Virus record (IMG/VR): IMGVR_UViG_3300044825_001403 | Span: 1-64,000 of that record | Strand: one strand, 5' to 3' | DNA from: an uncultured virus (IMG/VR IMGVR_UViG_3300044825_001403) | Lineage: Duplodnaviria > Heunggongvirae > Uroviricota > Caudoviricetes | Length of the DNA stretch: 64,000 bases | Shown: piece after piece, positions 30,701 through 41,200 of the stretch | Layout of the letters: each line of letters opens with the position of its first letter | Position numbering within the stretch: the stretch's first letter is position 1 | Position numbers and translations under genes: made by a program | The notes under the pieces: generated by a model | What the model was told of the DNA's origin: nothing | What the model saw: only the letters and a program-made list of their open reading frames with translations | Databases searched by the model: none

Positions 30701-33359
30701 TGCTGCTCCTTTTAATGGAGATTTTGATCCATTTAATGGTCAATTAATAGGAACAAAAACTTTCACATTATTGGAAAAGGAAACCAACTTGCCTTATGCA
30801 CCATACAATAATCAACAATTGATTATAACATTGGATGGTGTTATGCAAGAGCCAGGTGTTTCATATAAAGTTGTGGGGAATCAAATTACTTTTGCAGAAC
30901 CTCCTTTTGGAGAAAGAATTGCTGAAGGACAAGTAGTTCCTGGCCAAAGATTTTATTGTAGATCTATTAAATTTAAAAACAATGACTTAAATCAAAGATA
31001 TTTAAGAAAATTAAAAACATTATCAACTGAATTTGATGGTGTTACTAAAGTTTTTGATCTGTATTATGAAAATGGAGACATTGTTAAAACTGATATTAGA
31101 GAAAATTTACTAGTTACATTAAACGGTGTTTTACAAAAGTCTAGAGAGTTTGCTAATAATCCTTTTGGAAATTCTTATCACATTATAAGAAATCCTGATC
31201 CAAACATTACGGACAAAATAGAATTTTCACAGGCACCAATTAATCACGAAGATTTGTATGAGAATATCAATACAGAATTAAATGGTACAGAAAAATGTTT
31301 CATTTATGGAGTAGGAAACTACAAGAGATTGTCTATTGATTCTCGTCAAATTCCAGCTAAAGCAAATGGGCCATTTTTACTGTATAATGAAGTCTCCAGA
31401 ACTATCGAAAAAGTAGAAGATAGTAGATACGCACTCGTTTATATTGATGGTGTTCTCCAGATTGAAGGAGAATCATATGAAATTATTGGTTCTACTATAA
31501 CATTTAGAAAGCCACTGACATACTATATTGCTGAAAGTGGAGAGACTGTATTACCTGATGTTTCAGTGATTGTATTCTATGGAAGAGACATCTTCCAAGG
31601 TCTTACTATGTTTGATTTTGAGCCAGATGTTTATTATAACATCATCAAATTTAATCTTCAGGGAACTGATATATTTGGAACTATAAAAAATCTTGAAGTT
31701 CTCCCAAATAAAATGTTAAGTACTCAAAATATTTGGTTATACCAAAATGAGTATTTGCTTGGGGAATTAAAAGAAATAAAAGCACTTTCAAATGATGAAG
31801 TTGAGTTGACTGTAGTTAATACAAAAAATTTAATTAACGATCAATTTACAACAGATAATTTAACTTTCTTAATTAACCGAGAACAAATTAAAGAACTCAC
31901 AGGTGATTATAGTATTTCATATGTTTATTCTTACGATGAAGATGGGAATCGTCTTTTAAAAGCAAAATCAAATGCTCCTATTTGGCTATACAATACAAAA
32001 TTAGGACAAGAAATAGAAGAAACAAAGAGATACAGAAAAATTTCTAATATAGTTCCAGGAGATTTTATTAAAGTTGATGGCGAAAATGAATATAGACAAG
32101 TATTTTCCGTGCCATACGAAGCAAAAACAAGAAATTTCCTAGAAGGAGAAATTCCTTCGCAGGAAATATATGCTACAGTTTCTTGCTCAAATTATAATGG
32201 TATTACTAGAGGCGAAGGATTAAGTATTGGTGCCGAAATTTTTGGTGGCGAGGTTGTATCGCTGAAGTGGAATAAGAGAGAATTAGAATTATATCTAAAA
32301 AATAATATTTTAGTTCAGCCAACTGCATATCAATATTATACAAATCCTGTAATCAAATTTATTCCAGTTGATGGTAATGGTGGTGGAGCTAGAGCCGAAG
32401 TAATTATTTGTAATGGTCAAGTATTGGATGTAATTCTTTTAGATGGTGGATCTGGTTATACTTCAGAACCAAAAGTTGTTGTATCAAGAAGATTTAGTAT
32501 TATAAAGAAAAATTCAAGAAAAATACAATCTCATCTTGCTTTACTTCAAATTATTCCCAAATTAAATCTAAACTTCTCAGTAATATCTCAGATACAAGTC
32601 AAGCAAGATGATGATAATGTAGTTTACATTTTTGATATTATATCATTTACACAAGATTTTGATATTAACACAAATATTATTAATCATATTTGGCCAGTTC
32701 CTAAAGAAGTAAGAATTACAAATCCAGATAGAACTGTATTAACTTATATTTTAGCATCTCTAGGATCATTTGAAAGTATTGTTACTAGCAAAACAAATAT
32801 TACCAATAGATTAGAAATACCCGTAAAGAATATTTCTATTGAAAGACTTGATAAACAACTTGAAAAAACTGTGTTTGTTGGTACAGTTGACAAAGTACTT
32901 GATGGAAATTATATCCCTGGATATTACAGTCAGGATATTTTAGGCAATAGACTTGCTGTATATGAAACTGCTAAATTTATTGATACAGGATATTCTGATG
33001 TATCCAAACTAACAATAGAAGAATTTAGTTTAATCTATCCAGATTCTATTATTCAAGATTTTGATATTGGAGGAACTACCAAAATTACTGCCAATCCAAA
33101 GAATACATTCAATCTTTATTATAGTTCTATTCAGGAATTTGGTGCTTATCTTGACATTGAATTATCAGAAGAAGATAATACTGTTTATATTGCCAATACT
33201 TCTAGATTCCCATCCCGTGGAAAAATTCTTATCGGCAAAGAAATTATTTACTATGAAAATAAATTAGCTGATCGTTTTCTCTTTGTTTCTAGAGGATGGG
33301 ATGGAACTAAAGCAACATCTCACCCAGCTGGACAATATATTAGAACGATACCACAATAA
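24735..33359 (+). CDS. gp7: Baseplate wedge initiator gp7 (large cyanophage type, with YHYH-like insert)
   Basis: Synteny gp6-gp7-gp8; FYKAKGT, DSYYYQDYSYVIKS...HPAGFKLFGE; HSPIIGFAYDGNPIYGP...LDENNGRFCVTPDYPEGTYAYF. Confidence 0.88.
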   Translation: MASKTRKISALIENQLPGFISSEYENFSRFVEKYYEQLENQGQPLDIINNITKYRDIDFYEENLLKQYTTLALNLNASQTTIVVADATSFPKQNGYIRIGNEICFYQERTDTEFRFVSRGVSGNTTLGDLYTKSEFVTTQAESHFVGDQVYNVSNLFLYAFVKSFESQYLDSFPEKYLKGEVDKRTLIKNISKFYKAKGTDKSIKFIFNSIVSRTPNDIPEVFYPKDSTIRPSTSDWATTYSLKVKILSGSPENLIGEKLEQLPDPTRPEVKYASGYIDNIIFKGNDTYEIILDPATVNGSFNVISRTKLTSTLTSTRTIGDRIDVGSTMGWKSSGNLLIGTEQFTFTNKNVNQFVIESRSASPQTHPVGTDVFGLFPVRARQTSFLILGVLYNLNLKNAAPYSELGDKIQITEAGVESSSPIIFDRRISENRWLINETNTRPTVYQNPSVQEAIDDLNADVSAIYEDEQYFYICSSSYPSHRILSATLEDLPKDQKVLRLIRKFPTTTTEVYETPARDVGIFVNGTPAYGCKDEEYVLYGNIVSSEVTYKGSGYKKPPYVLINETPGKASANVSGEVVESIVINTDEIYTTTPKVVITAGRGAKARAVVTNGEITDIIVVNSGEYYSSPPTVRIIDLAGKGNFAEYKANVSENGQVVGFEAINLGKFYTQANVQVELIEDAQGTEATAKVEIRKWYKNRFKKYQNFLDDSYGYVFADFATKDKSEKTLGYGYVGNPRRLRIQLNDNLTSSFTEPTEKTHSPIIGFAYDGNPIYGPFGYTNPLDNTSEVIRLASGYELKESRSGGPSTSQYPLGTFVDDYVWIPRATSDKSYLDENNGRFCVTPDYPEGTYAYFLTINLFNQPVFPYILGKNYYSLPVDSNYNSAINQNDLPFNVKRLRTNSIENNGTSTIVKINNITTGNVSDVDIQDSTDNFEVGSFVRVNDTNTGGQGASALVSEVNGIPVNLIDCIENKVLEIALLENAFLFAGDIITQANTNATGELIGDVVNSNQLILQNVSGNFNNIDLVSATIDVANILVDKNSNFTKDFEIIQTDNDGSTIARGIIVESITNQNLVKIRVTSGQFAVNDNYVLKSSNLNDTFGAKIVTVSSLSKNLQVNFIDDKIAIVNTDGDHNLTLGDKVNVNIVPDDTQTQTTYYVRKRIYQRVKLNVPTFNTTIDDSGIGAFEYLNGGADYETGQYFNVELVFKDSSKIRSTVGAPGNPNNAKATITVSNINGSGYGRVTSVVITNKGFGYKKGDILTVVDEDLNRDEDSISTQRLIVSVDHVGFSKSNTLLRLTSITGLSVDDFLKIGSEIVKVTNINTTTKTATVLRGQHSTSIVDHYNNQTVELYDNQYRFNFSFQILGQGFTDPYVFDYDKETQLLTVVYNYGLTTNINTIKKGNVFYDNSVPQKIVTISSVENPEADFQFALENTDIAFKSNPIIDITKYYKYKFDTSHFSMSGTYLDFSPSFSYNISPIEVQSNDIEPGQQDSAIFVKFGFNNTSYTERNITIDPIIDDYIVEVELIVEDDFFLTENILEDKNNKKTETNYLKYYYFDKSKSLKTRNGYLRIVNDPLQGEKTVYYTTNNKFVYKIDQYPKYDGKGSITYTTSSKFAIGSISKIKLENSGENYSRIPIISGVDIAKESEAIVKTTYNNIKNCVDFVEVLDGGKNYSKPKAVVVDGDGFGAEFSVFSRDGKVLQVNVINGGKNYSYPPTVKIIESDVKLYFKSENIGIPRSVEIVDNGFNYHLDQTLVSNYTSNLVLLLKNHIDDAFMIGEKIIQTTVVNGQTVETAYGFVSKNGWRPGSNILRLENISGSFDNKIQILGEVKRNTADIISILNADFDSDIRGYFDNLGKFNSDKGYLSSYSQRLTDSYYYQDYSYVIKSKTPTNVWRDLIKQTTHPAGFKLFGEVLVESEGTVTMPSGEYANAEKIKIINLESKLVELKNIKRQVTQSVLKFNDLNVEKGIGSVALNIESNSETVARELILAAPFNGDFDPFNGQLIGTKTFTLLEKETNLPYAPYNNQQLIITLDGVMQEPGVSYKVVGNQITFAEPPFGERIAEGQVVPGQRFYCRSIKFKNNDLNQRYLRKLKTLSTEFDGVTKVFDLYYENGDIVKTDIRENLLVTLNGVLQKSREFANNPFGNSYHIIRNPDPNITDKIEFSQAPINHEDLYENINTELNGTEKCFIYGVGNYKRLSIDSRQIPAKANGPFLLYNEVSRTIEKVEDSRYALVYIDGVLQIEGESYEIIGSTITFRKPLTYYIAESGETVLPDVSVIVFYGRDIFQGLTMFDFEPDVYYNIIKFNLQGTDIFGTIKNLEVLPNKMLSTQNIWLYQNEYLLGELKEIKALSNDEVELTVVNTKNLINDQFTTDNLTFLINREQIKELTGDYSISYVYSYDEDGNRLLKAKSNAPIWLYNTKLGQEIEETKRYRKISNIVPGDFIKVDGENEYRQVFSVPYEAKTRNFLEGEIPSQEIYATVSCSNYNGITRGEGLSIGAEIFGGEVVSLKWNKRELELYLKNNILVQPTAYQYYTNPVIKFIPVDGNGGGARAEVIICNGQVLDVILLDGGSGYTSEPKVVVSRRFSIIKKNSRKIQSHLALLQIIPKLNLNFSVISQIQVKQDDDNVVYIFDIISFTQDFDINTNIINHIWPVPKEVRITNPDRTVLTYILASLGSFESIVTSKTNITNRLEIPVKNISIERLDKQLEKTVFVGTVDKVLDGNYIPGYYSQDILGNRLAVYETAKFIDTGYSDVSKLTIEEFSLIYPDSIIQDFDIGGTTKITANPKNTFNLYYSSIQEFGAYLDIELSEEDNTVYIANTSRFPSRGKILIGKEIIYYENKLADRFLFVSRGWDGTKATSHPAGQYIRTIPQ

Positions 33360-33360
33360 A

Positions 33361-33368
33361 TATAAATA
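33361..33368 (+). promoter_or_regulatory. T4-type late promoter
   Basis: TATAAATA upstream of gp8; related nATAAATA/CTAAATA sites at 22511, 43537, 53848, 57145, 60928, 62183, 62560. Confidence 0.8.
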
Positions 33369-33403
33369 TAAATAACTCAGAAAAATAAGAAGAGATTTTT
33401 TAA

Positions 33404-35266
33404 ATGGCTGCTATAATCTCAGATAAATTTAGAATTTTTAATGCTCAGCAATTTTTGAATTCGCTAGGCGATGACTATTATGATGATAATACTCTGGAGC
33501 TTGAAGCTGGTCCAGATGATGAACTAACTAGAATGTATTTTTTCGTTGGGAGACCCCAACGTTGGGATGCATATCTAGAAATTTATAATACAAATACAGT
33601 TGCCTTTGAAGTCAATGACTTTGTATACACAGGAACTTCATTTGCAAATGCTAATTTTAAAGCTTCCGTAAAAAGAATCAATGAAAACAGTTTAGTTTTA
33701 GCGAACATTGGTCCTACGTTATCTTCTGCTCCTGCTTTAGGTTCTCTTCTAAAAGGCTGGAATGGCACAGTAAATACAGGTGCAGAGGCTTTAACTGGCG
33801 TATATCGTTACGGCAATGAAGAGCTTCCACCAGTTCCATATGACAACCAGAAAGAAAAGTATGACATTTATGATGATATTGTAGCAGCCAAAAGAATCAC
33901 TACAAAATATGCAAGGTCTGTAATTAGACGTTATAACTGGAACGTAATTGCAAACCCTAAATTTGATATGTGGAAGCCTGATTATTCTCCGTCAACAGAT
34001 GGATTTCAGACAGGTAAGCAAACTGCAACTGGTGCCGCATCTCTTTACGAAGGAAAGTATTACGTAATTAACTCAGAATACGAAGTCTTCAAATGTCTTT
34101 ATAATGGAGAATCGCCAGCATTCCCAACTGGAAGACAAGCAACATATGAGCCAAAAACTCTCCCTGGAGCTGGTCAGGGTACTTTCTCGGCTGGTATCTT
34201 TAGAGAGCCTGCAGGAACTGGCGAGTACATCTGGAAGTACATGTACACTGTTTCTACAGATGATGTTTTAAAATTTGTTTCTACTGATTTTATTCCCATT
34301 GCAGCGAGAACAAATCCATCTAGATTAGTTACAGAAGCTGCTGCAATCGATGGAGCTATTGATGTAGTACTTATAGAAAATGCAGGATCAAATCTTCCAA
34401 ATGGAGATTTATATGCACCAATTATTGGTGATGGAACTGGAGGAATTGTAAAAATTACTGTTTCTGGTGGTTCTATTACTAAAGCTACAATTGAAGAAAG
34501 AGGACAAGGTTATACTTATGCATCAATTCCCCTCGTAAATGGCACTGGAAGCGAAGAAACTGCATATGGTCTATTTACTAATGATACTCTTTTAACACCT
34601 GTTACAACCGTTGGTTCTAACGCTACAGGAGCACTTGAGGTTGTTATTCCTCCTCAAGGTGGTCATGGTTCCAATATGGAGCAAGAGTTAAATGGTAAGC
34701 GTGTAATGTTAAATATTCGTCTTACCTATGACGAAGGTTCGGGTGATTTTCCAGTAGATAACGATTTCAGAAGAATTGGTATTCTAAGAGATCCTGTAAT
34801 CAACGGAACTACGAATTTAGCTACTGCTAATACACTTTCAGGTTTATACGCATTGAAAATTGAAGGTGCTACGGCAGATTATCAACCAGATGAAATCATC
34901 TCTCAAACGGTAGATGGCGGAACTGCATATGGTACTGTTGTATCTTGGACTTTAGATGCAGATAGTACTACAGATGGAGTTTTAAAGTATATTCAAAACC
35001 CAGAAAATCATACTGATAGCGGTGTTGTTAGACCTTTTGAAGCCAACCCAGCGAATGCTATTGTTGGTGAATTGTCTGCCGCTTCTGGCACTGTAGACAC
35101 TGCTTTAGCTGATGGAACAGTTATTTTAGGTTGCACATTTAATAATGGTGCATCAGTTCCAGAAATTAAAAATAACTCTGGAGAAATCATATACATAGAG
35201 AATAGAAGAACGATCACAAGGGCTCCTGACCAAATTGAAGATATCAAATTAGTTATTGAGTTCTGA
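33404..35266 (+). CDS. gp8: Baseplate wedge subunit gp8
   Basis: MAAIISDKFRIFNA, YVINSEYEVFKCLYN, YIWKYMY, NDFRRIG, IIYIENR..ITRA.DQ.EDIKLVIEF. Confidence 0.93.
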   Translation: MAAIISDKFRIFNAQQFLNSLGDDYYDDNTLELEAGPDDELTRMYFFVGRPQRWDAYLEIYNTNTVAFEVNDFVYTGTSFANANFKASVKRINENSLVLANIGPTLSSAPALGSLLKGWNGTVNTGAEALTGVYRYGNEELPPVPYDNQKEKYDIYDDIVAAKRITTKYARSVIRRYNWNVIANPKFDMWKPDYSPSTDGFQTGKQTATGAASLYEGKYYVINSEYEVFKCLYNGESPAFPTGRQATYEPKTLPGAGQGTFSAGIFREPAGTGEYIWKYMYTVSTDDVLKFVSTDFIPIAARTNPSRLVTEAAAIDGAIDVVLIENAGSNLPNGDLYAPIIGDGTGGIVKITVSGGSITKATIEERGQGYTYASIPLVNGTGSEETAYGLFTNDTLLTPVTTVGSNATGALEVVIPPQGGHGSNMEQELNGKRVMLNIRLTYDEGSGDFPVDNDFRRIGILRDPVINGTTNLATANTLSGLYALKIEGATADYQPDEIISQTVDGGTAYGTVVSWTLDADSTTDGVLKYIQNPENHTDSGVVRPFEANPANAIVGELSAASGTVDTALADGTVILGCTFNNGASVPEIKNNSGEIIYIENRRTITRAPDQIEDIKLVIEF

Positions 35267-35299
35267 TTGTTAAAATCCAAAATTAGTTAGAAATTTACG

Positions 35300-38200
35300 A
35301 TGTCACAAAAGACAAATCTAAACACGCCTCCATACTTTGACGATTATTCGGATAGTAAAAATTTCTACAAAATTCTTTTTAGACCTGGATATCCTATCCA
35401 GACAAGAGAATTAACAGGATTACAATCTATTCTTCAAAATCAAATTGAAAGTTTTGGCAAATTCCAATTTAAGCAAGGCGATTTGGTAGTGCCTGGCGAA
35501 GTTGGATTGAATACTCGTTTAGATTTTGTCAAATTATCTTCTATTTCAGAAGTTCCTGTAAATCAAAATGGACAAATTGTATATAAAAAATACGACATCA
35601 AAGATTTAATTGGAACTAATTTAAGAGGAATTACTTCTGGAGTTACTGCTCTAGTAATTGAATCTGATTACGCAACAGATAATCAAGCCGATACTTTATA
35701 TGTAAAATATACAAATAGCGGCAACTCAAGCGACGAGCAAACTTTTAGACAAGGCGAAACTCTAGAAGTAATTGATGGGGTAAATACTCCATTATTGGTT
35801 GTTGGAACAGATGGTAGTGTTTCTCCAACTTCAATTGAAGTAGTTGACCCAGAAACAAAAACTTCATTCTTTTTAGAAAGCCCAGCAATGGGTTATGCTA
35901 CTGGCGTACAAGTACAGGAAGGTATTTATTTTGTAAATGGTTATTTTGTACGCAATGAGGAGCAATTAATCATTGTTGACAAATACTATGATAAACCATC
36001 TGCTAAAGTTGGTTTTAACATTGTAGAAGAAATTGTAACACCAGAACAAGACTCTTCTTTGTATGACAATTCAAGAGGTTATTCTAATTCTGCTGCACCT
36101 GGAGCACACAGATTTAAAATATCATTGCAACTTAGAAAGTATGCATATGATGCGATTACCGATAAAAATTTCATTCAATTAATAACCATTAAATCTGGCG
36201 TAGTACAAAAGCTCATTAAACAGGCTGATTATACTTTACTTGAAAATACTCTTGCCAGAAGAACTTATGATGAATCTGGAGATTATGTAGTAAATGATTT
36301 CCCCTTTGATGTAAGAGAATATTATCAAAAAAATGGAAATCTAGGTGTATATTCAAAAGATACCCAAACAAATCTTGTTAATGGTCTAACCGAAGAGGAA
36401 GCAAACAATAAGTTATCTGCAACTGTTGGTCCAGGTAAAGCTTATGTTAGAGGTTTTGAAATTGTCAATAATGAAACAAAATATCTAACTTTAAATAAAG
36501 CAAAGGATACAATTACACGAGATAATGTTGTATTAAAAACTAAAGGTGTTTCTGAATTTAAAGTCACAAATCTTTATGGCACAATTCCGTTAAATGATGA
36601 GGGTCAAGATTTAACTTCTTCTCCAACAATTTATTTGAATTCTGTATTCAATGATGGCTCTGTTGGATTTAATGGCACCGAAAACGACCTAAATTCCAAA
36701 CAAACCGTAAATAGAAGAGGACAAGGTTTTGAAGTTGGCTATGGTATTAAGACCATATACATTCAAGTTACAAACACACTAACTCCTCTATCAGCATTAA
36801 ATGATAACAATTTTACTAGTTTATTAAATGATCTTTGGTTTGTAAAGACTAGAACTGAAGGAGAACCTTCATTAGTAGACTATGTAACTCCTATAGCTTA
36901 TTCAAAAGTAATAAAGAAAGAAATTGACGAAAACGCAGAATTTTTAGAATTAACTGTTTATGGTGCCACAAATCTTTTAGATTTATATTTAAAAGAATAT
37001 GAAGATGAAGCTTCTTCCAAGCTTAGATCTGTTTATTTTTCACAATCTGATGCATTAAATGAAGACAATGCTATTGGAAGAATAATTGATTATAATGAAA
37101 TTATTACACCAGTAATTGGTGTAGCTAAGCCAAAAAATATTTCCTTTATTAAGTACGGCAAAGGATTCAATCAAGATACAGACATTATTCTATCTAAAGG
37201 AAAAACTGCAGATAGTGATTCTATTTACAATAGTACTTTTGGATTTAATTATTTCAATCCAGTATTTTTTACTAGACTATTATTAGATAGTACAAATTCC
37301 CAAAATAATTTCATTAATCAAAAGTTTGGTGCTGGTAAGTATATTACTGGTATAAAGAGCGGAGCATATGCCGTTATTGAAGGTTCTTTAACTCAATCAT
37401 ATTCTTACGGCAATGTTTTATTCGTAAAAACATTATCAGGAACATTTTTACCTGGCGAAAGTATTATTGATGAAGATGGCAATATTTTAAGAATTGCAAA
37501 CGAAAATACAATTTCTCACTTTATTGTATCAAATAGAGGTTCTGGTTACACTGCACCAAAAATTAATATTGATGGTGTTGAATACGACGAATCTAAAGTA
37601 CAAATTTTTGTAGAAGGAAGTTCAGTATATAAAGTAAATGTTGTAGATAGAGACAGTTTACTTACACAATATTCTCAACCTCCTGTAGTTACTATTACTT
37701 CAGAATCGCAAATAGTTACTCCTTGTTCAGTAACACCTGTATTGTTTAGAAATACCGTATTAACATATGGCCAAGAAAATGTAAAATCTTTCTATACTTC
37801 TTACGGTTCATCAAATTCTAATAAATTTTCTGCTGATATCGAAGCTACAGAAAGCGAATTTTATCTATCAAAAACTGTAACCAATTATAATTTTAGCGGT
37901 AGCAGAGGATTAAAATATATTGAATGTACTGGTTTTGATGGAGATGCGTCAAAAGATCTAATCCAGGGAGATTTGGTTCTATTTACGGATGTCGAAGGTA
38001 ATCTTTTTAGAAGTGTAGTTCAATATGCTACACAGCCAAATGGCCCAAGAAAATCTAGAATTTATTTGGATCGTTGTTTAATCAACGATGTCAATAATGC
38101 TAGTGTTATTAGAATCAGACCAAATATTGATAACGTAAATACGTCTAGTTTAATTTTCCCAACTGGCAGTAAACAAATCAGATCTTTAATTAAGAATATT

Positions 38201-41200
38201 GAAGATTCTAAGTTTAAATATTATGCTAGAAGAGATTTTGTTACCACTGGTTCTTCAAGCGGAGGTTTAATTACTTTTGCTGCTCAACTAGATTTTGGTA
38301 CTCAAAGATTTGCTATTCCTACAACAGAAAACTTTATCGTAACCGTATTAGATAAAGGAAGCTCTACTGTAGTAAATAATGGAGATATTTTATACATTGA
38401 TCCAAGATATATTAATTTACAATCTTCTCAAGAATCTACTAGTGGTTTAACCGCTGGTAGTATTACAATTAGTTTACCTAATAATTTCTTTGGAAATATT
38501 ACTTCAAATTTCCCCAAATTAAAGCTTTCGGCAACAATTGAAATTACTAAAGCAAAGCCAAGAATTAAAACTGTTGTTAGAAATAAAAGAATTGTTATAG
38601 TATCTTCTGGAGATAAAATTATCCCCTTGCGTGGACAAGATTATGACACTGAAGAAGTAGATATCTTTAGTTATTCTGATGTGTTCAAAATCAGATACAT
38701 TTACGAAGGCTCATCAACAAACCCTCCAGTAGTTGATAATGAAGGCATTCTAATTTCTGGTACTGATGTAACAAATAGATTTACTTTTGATGATGGTCAA
38801 AGAGACACACTTTATGATGTTTCTCGTATTGTTCTCAAGCCAGGCTTTGATGCTCCTGTAGGACAGTTAGTGGTTGGCTTTGATTACTTTGATCATTCTC
38901 AAGGAGATTTCTGCACAGTAGATTCTTATCTACATGAAGCTGGTGTTCTTTCCGAAGAAATTCCTTCGTTTAATTCAACTGTTTACGGTAATGTTTCCTT
39001 AAAAGATGTTATTGATTTTAGACCAAAAGTAGATAGCAATTCAATAATTTCTGGATTCCAAGATAAGTCAATTTTAAGTCAGCAAAATTATATTAATTTT
39101 AACGGTCCTTCTGGAATTTTTGCAAGTACTCCTGCTTCAGATAAAAACTTAGAATTTACTTTCTCATTTACAGAATCTCAATATCTCGATAGAATTGACG
39201 GAATTTTCTTAGACAAGCAAGGAAACTTTATTGTTAAAGAAGGCAATTCTTCTCTATCTCCAGCAAAACCAGAAATTATTGATGATGCAATAGCACTTTA
39301 CTATATTCATATTCCTGCATTTACAACTAGCAATAAAGATGTAAGAGTTATTCCAGTTGATAATCGTAGATATACAATGAGAGATATCGGTAAGCTAGAA
39401 AAGCGTATCGAGCGTTTGGAATATTACACAACACTAAGCATTCTTGAACAACAAACTTTAAATATGCAGATCAAAGATGAAATTGGTCTTGATAGATTCA
39501 AGAGCGGTTTTATTGTAGATAACTTTGAATCCCATAGAGTTGGTAATATTTCTTCAATTGATTATAAGTGTTCAATTGATACCCAACAGTCTGTTTTAAG
39601 ACCTCAAGTAAAAGAAGATAATTTCCGATTAAGAGAACTTTATACACGTTCTGATGAAAGAAATAATGCAGGCTATCAAAAAACAGGAGATGTAATCACA
39701 CTTCCATATTCTAAAGTTAAATTATTGGGAAATGATTTTGCTACAAAAACAATTAATCCAAATAACTTTGTAGTTCTTCAATATGTTGGAGATGTATCAT
39801 TATCACCAACCGTAGATCAATGGTTTGATACCACTGTAGTTCCTTTAATTACTGATAATAATACAAAACTATTTTCTATCTTTTTGAGCAAAGAAGATTC
39901 AAGAGATGCTTTCTCTAGTTTCTATAATTCATTTATTGTAAATTGGATTGGATCTAACAGAACATTCTTTAATATTGGATCTTTATCGGATATTAACACA
40001 GAAGATTCTCAATCTACTGTACAACTAGCATCTGTTTCAAGTTCTTCTAATATTAGTCCACAGAATAATGAAACTGCTAAAGGTGTTACTAACAGAAATA
40101 ATAATGGCAATTCAGTAATTTCTTCTATTCAATATTTTACTCGTTCCATTCCTGTCAAATTTAATATTACTAGAATGAAACCAAAAACACAAGTTTATGT
40201 GTTTATGGAAGGTATTAACATTGGAAGATGGGCAAACCCAGATATTAGATATACTGGCATTCCAGGAAATTCATTAACAACCTTTAATTCTCCAATTATT
40301 ACTGATGAGAACGGTAATGCTAGCGGTATTATCTTAGTTCCTTCTGGAAAGGCACCAACAGAAAATGCTTCTTGGACTGGGGATATTAAAACAGTTTCTT
40401 ATGACGAGTCTTCTCAAGATGTTTACTTAACAACTGGTATAAAAACGATTCGTTTTACTTCTAGTTCTACAAATGAAGATAAAGATACTGTAGATACATA
40501 TACAGAAGCAAAATATTATTCCACTGGTTCACTTCCACAAAATCCATCTAGCATTATTTCAACTCTACCAGCTTATTTTAAGGCAAACGAGGGTGTGCAA
40601 ATTGTTGACAACACAACAAGTAACAAAGATAAGCCAAATCCACTAAGCCAAACATTTAAAGTTGAAAATTATGATGGCGGTGTATTTGTTACTGGATTGG
40701 ATCTTTTCTTTAATAAAAAGAGTTCAAATATTCCACTCAGAGTATATCTAACAAATGTCGATGTAGGAAAGCCAGGAAAATATATTGTTCCAGGAACAGA
40801 AACTGCACTTATTCCAGATACCTATCTAAAAGTTTATGCTAGTGCTCCACTAACAATATTTGTTGGAGAGACAGTAAAAGGAAAGACTTCTGGTGCATCT
40901 GGTCCTATTTCAAAGGTAATTGATAAGAATGGAAATCAAGTACTACCTTCAACTGAAGGTGAAATTTCTCTCTCAAATAATCAAGTTTATTCATTAGTTC
41001 TAAGTAATCACAATGGTTTGACATTCTTACCAAATGAAGTATTAGATATTCCATCATTGACATTGTTTAATAATACTAATGCACAAAATTTAACATTAAC
41101 TATTGCAAAAGATTCTGGAAAATTAGTAGATCTAAAAATTAAAAACGTTGGTTTAAATTATGAAAGTGCTATCATCACAATCGAAAGTCCTCAACTTCCA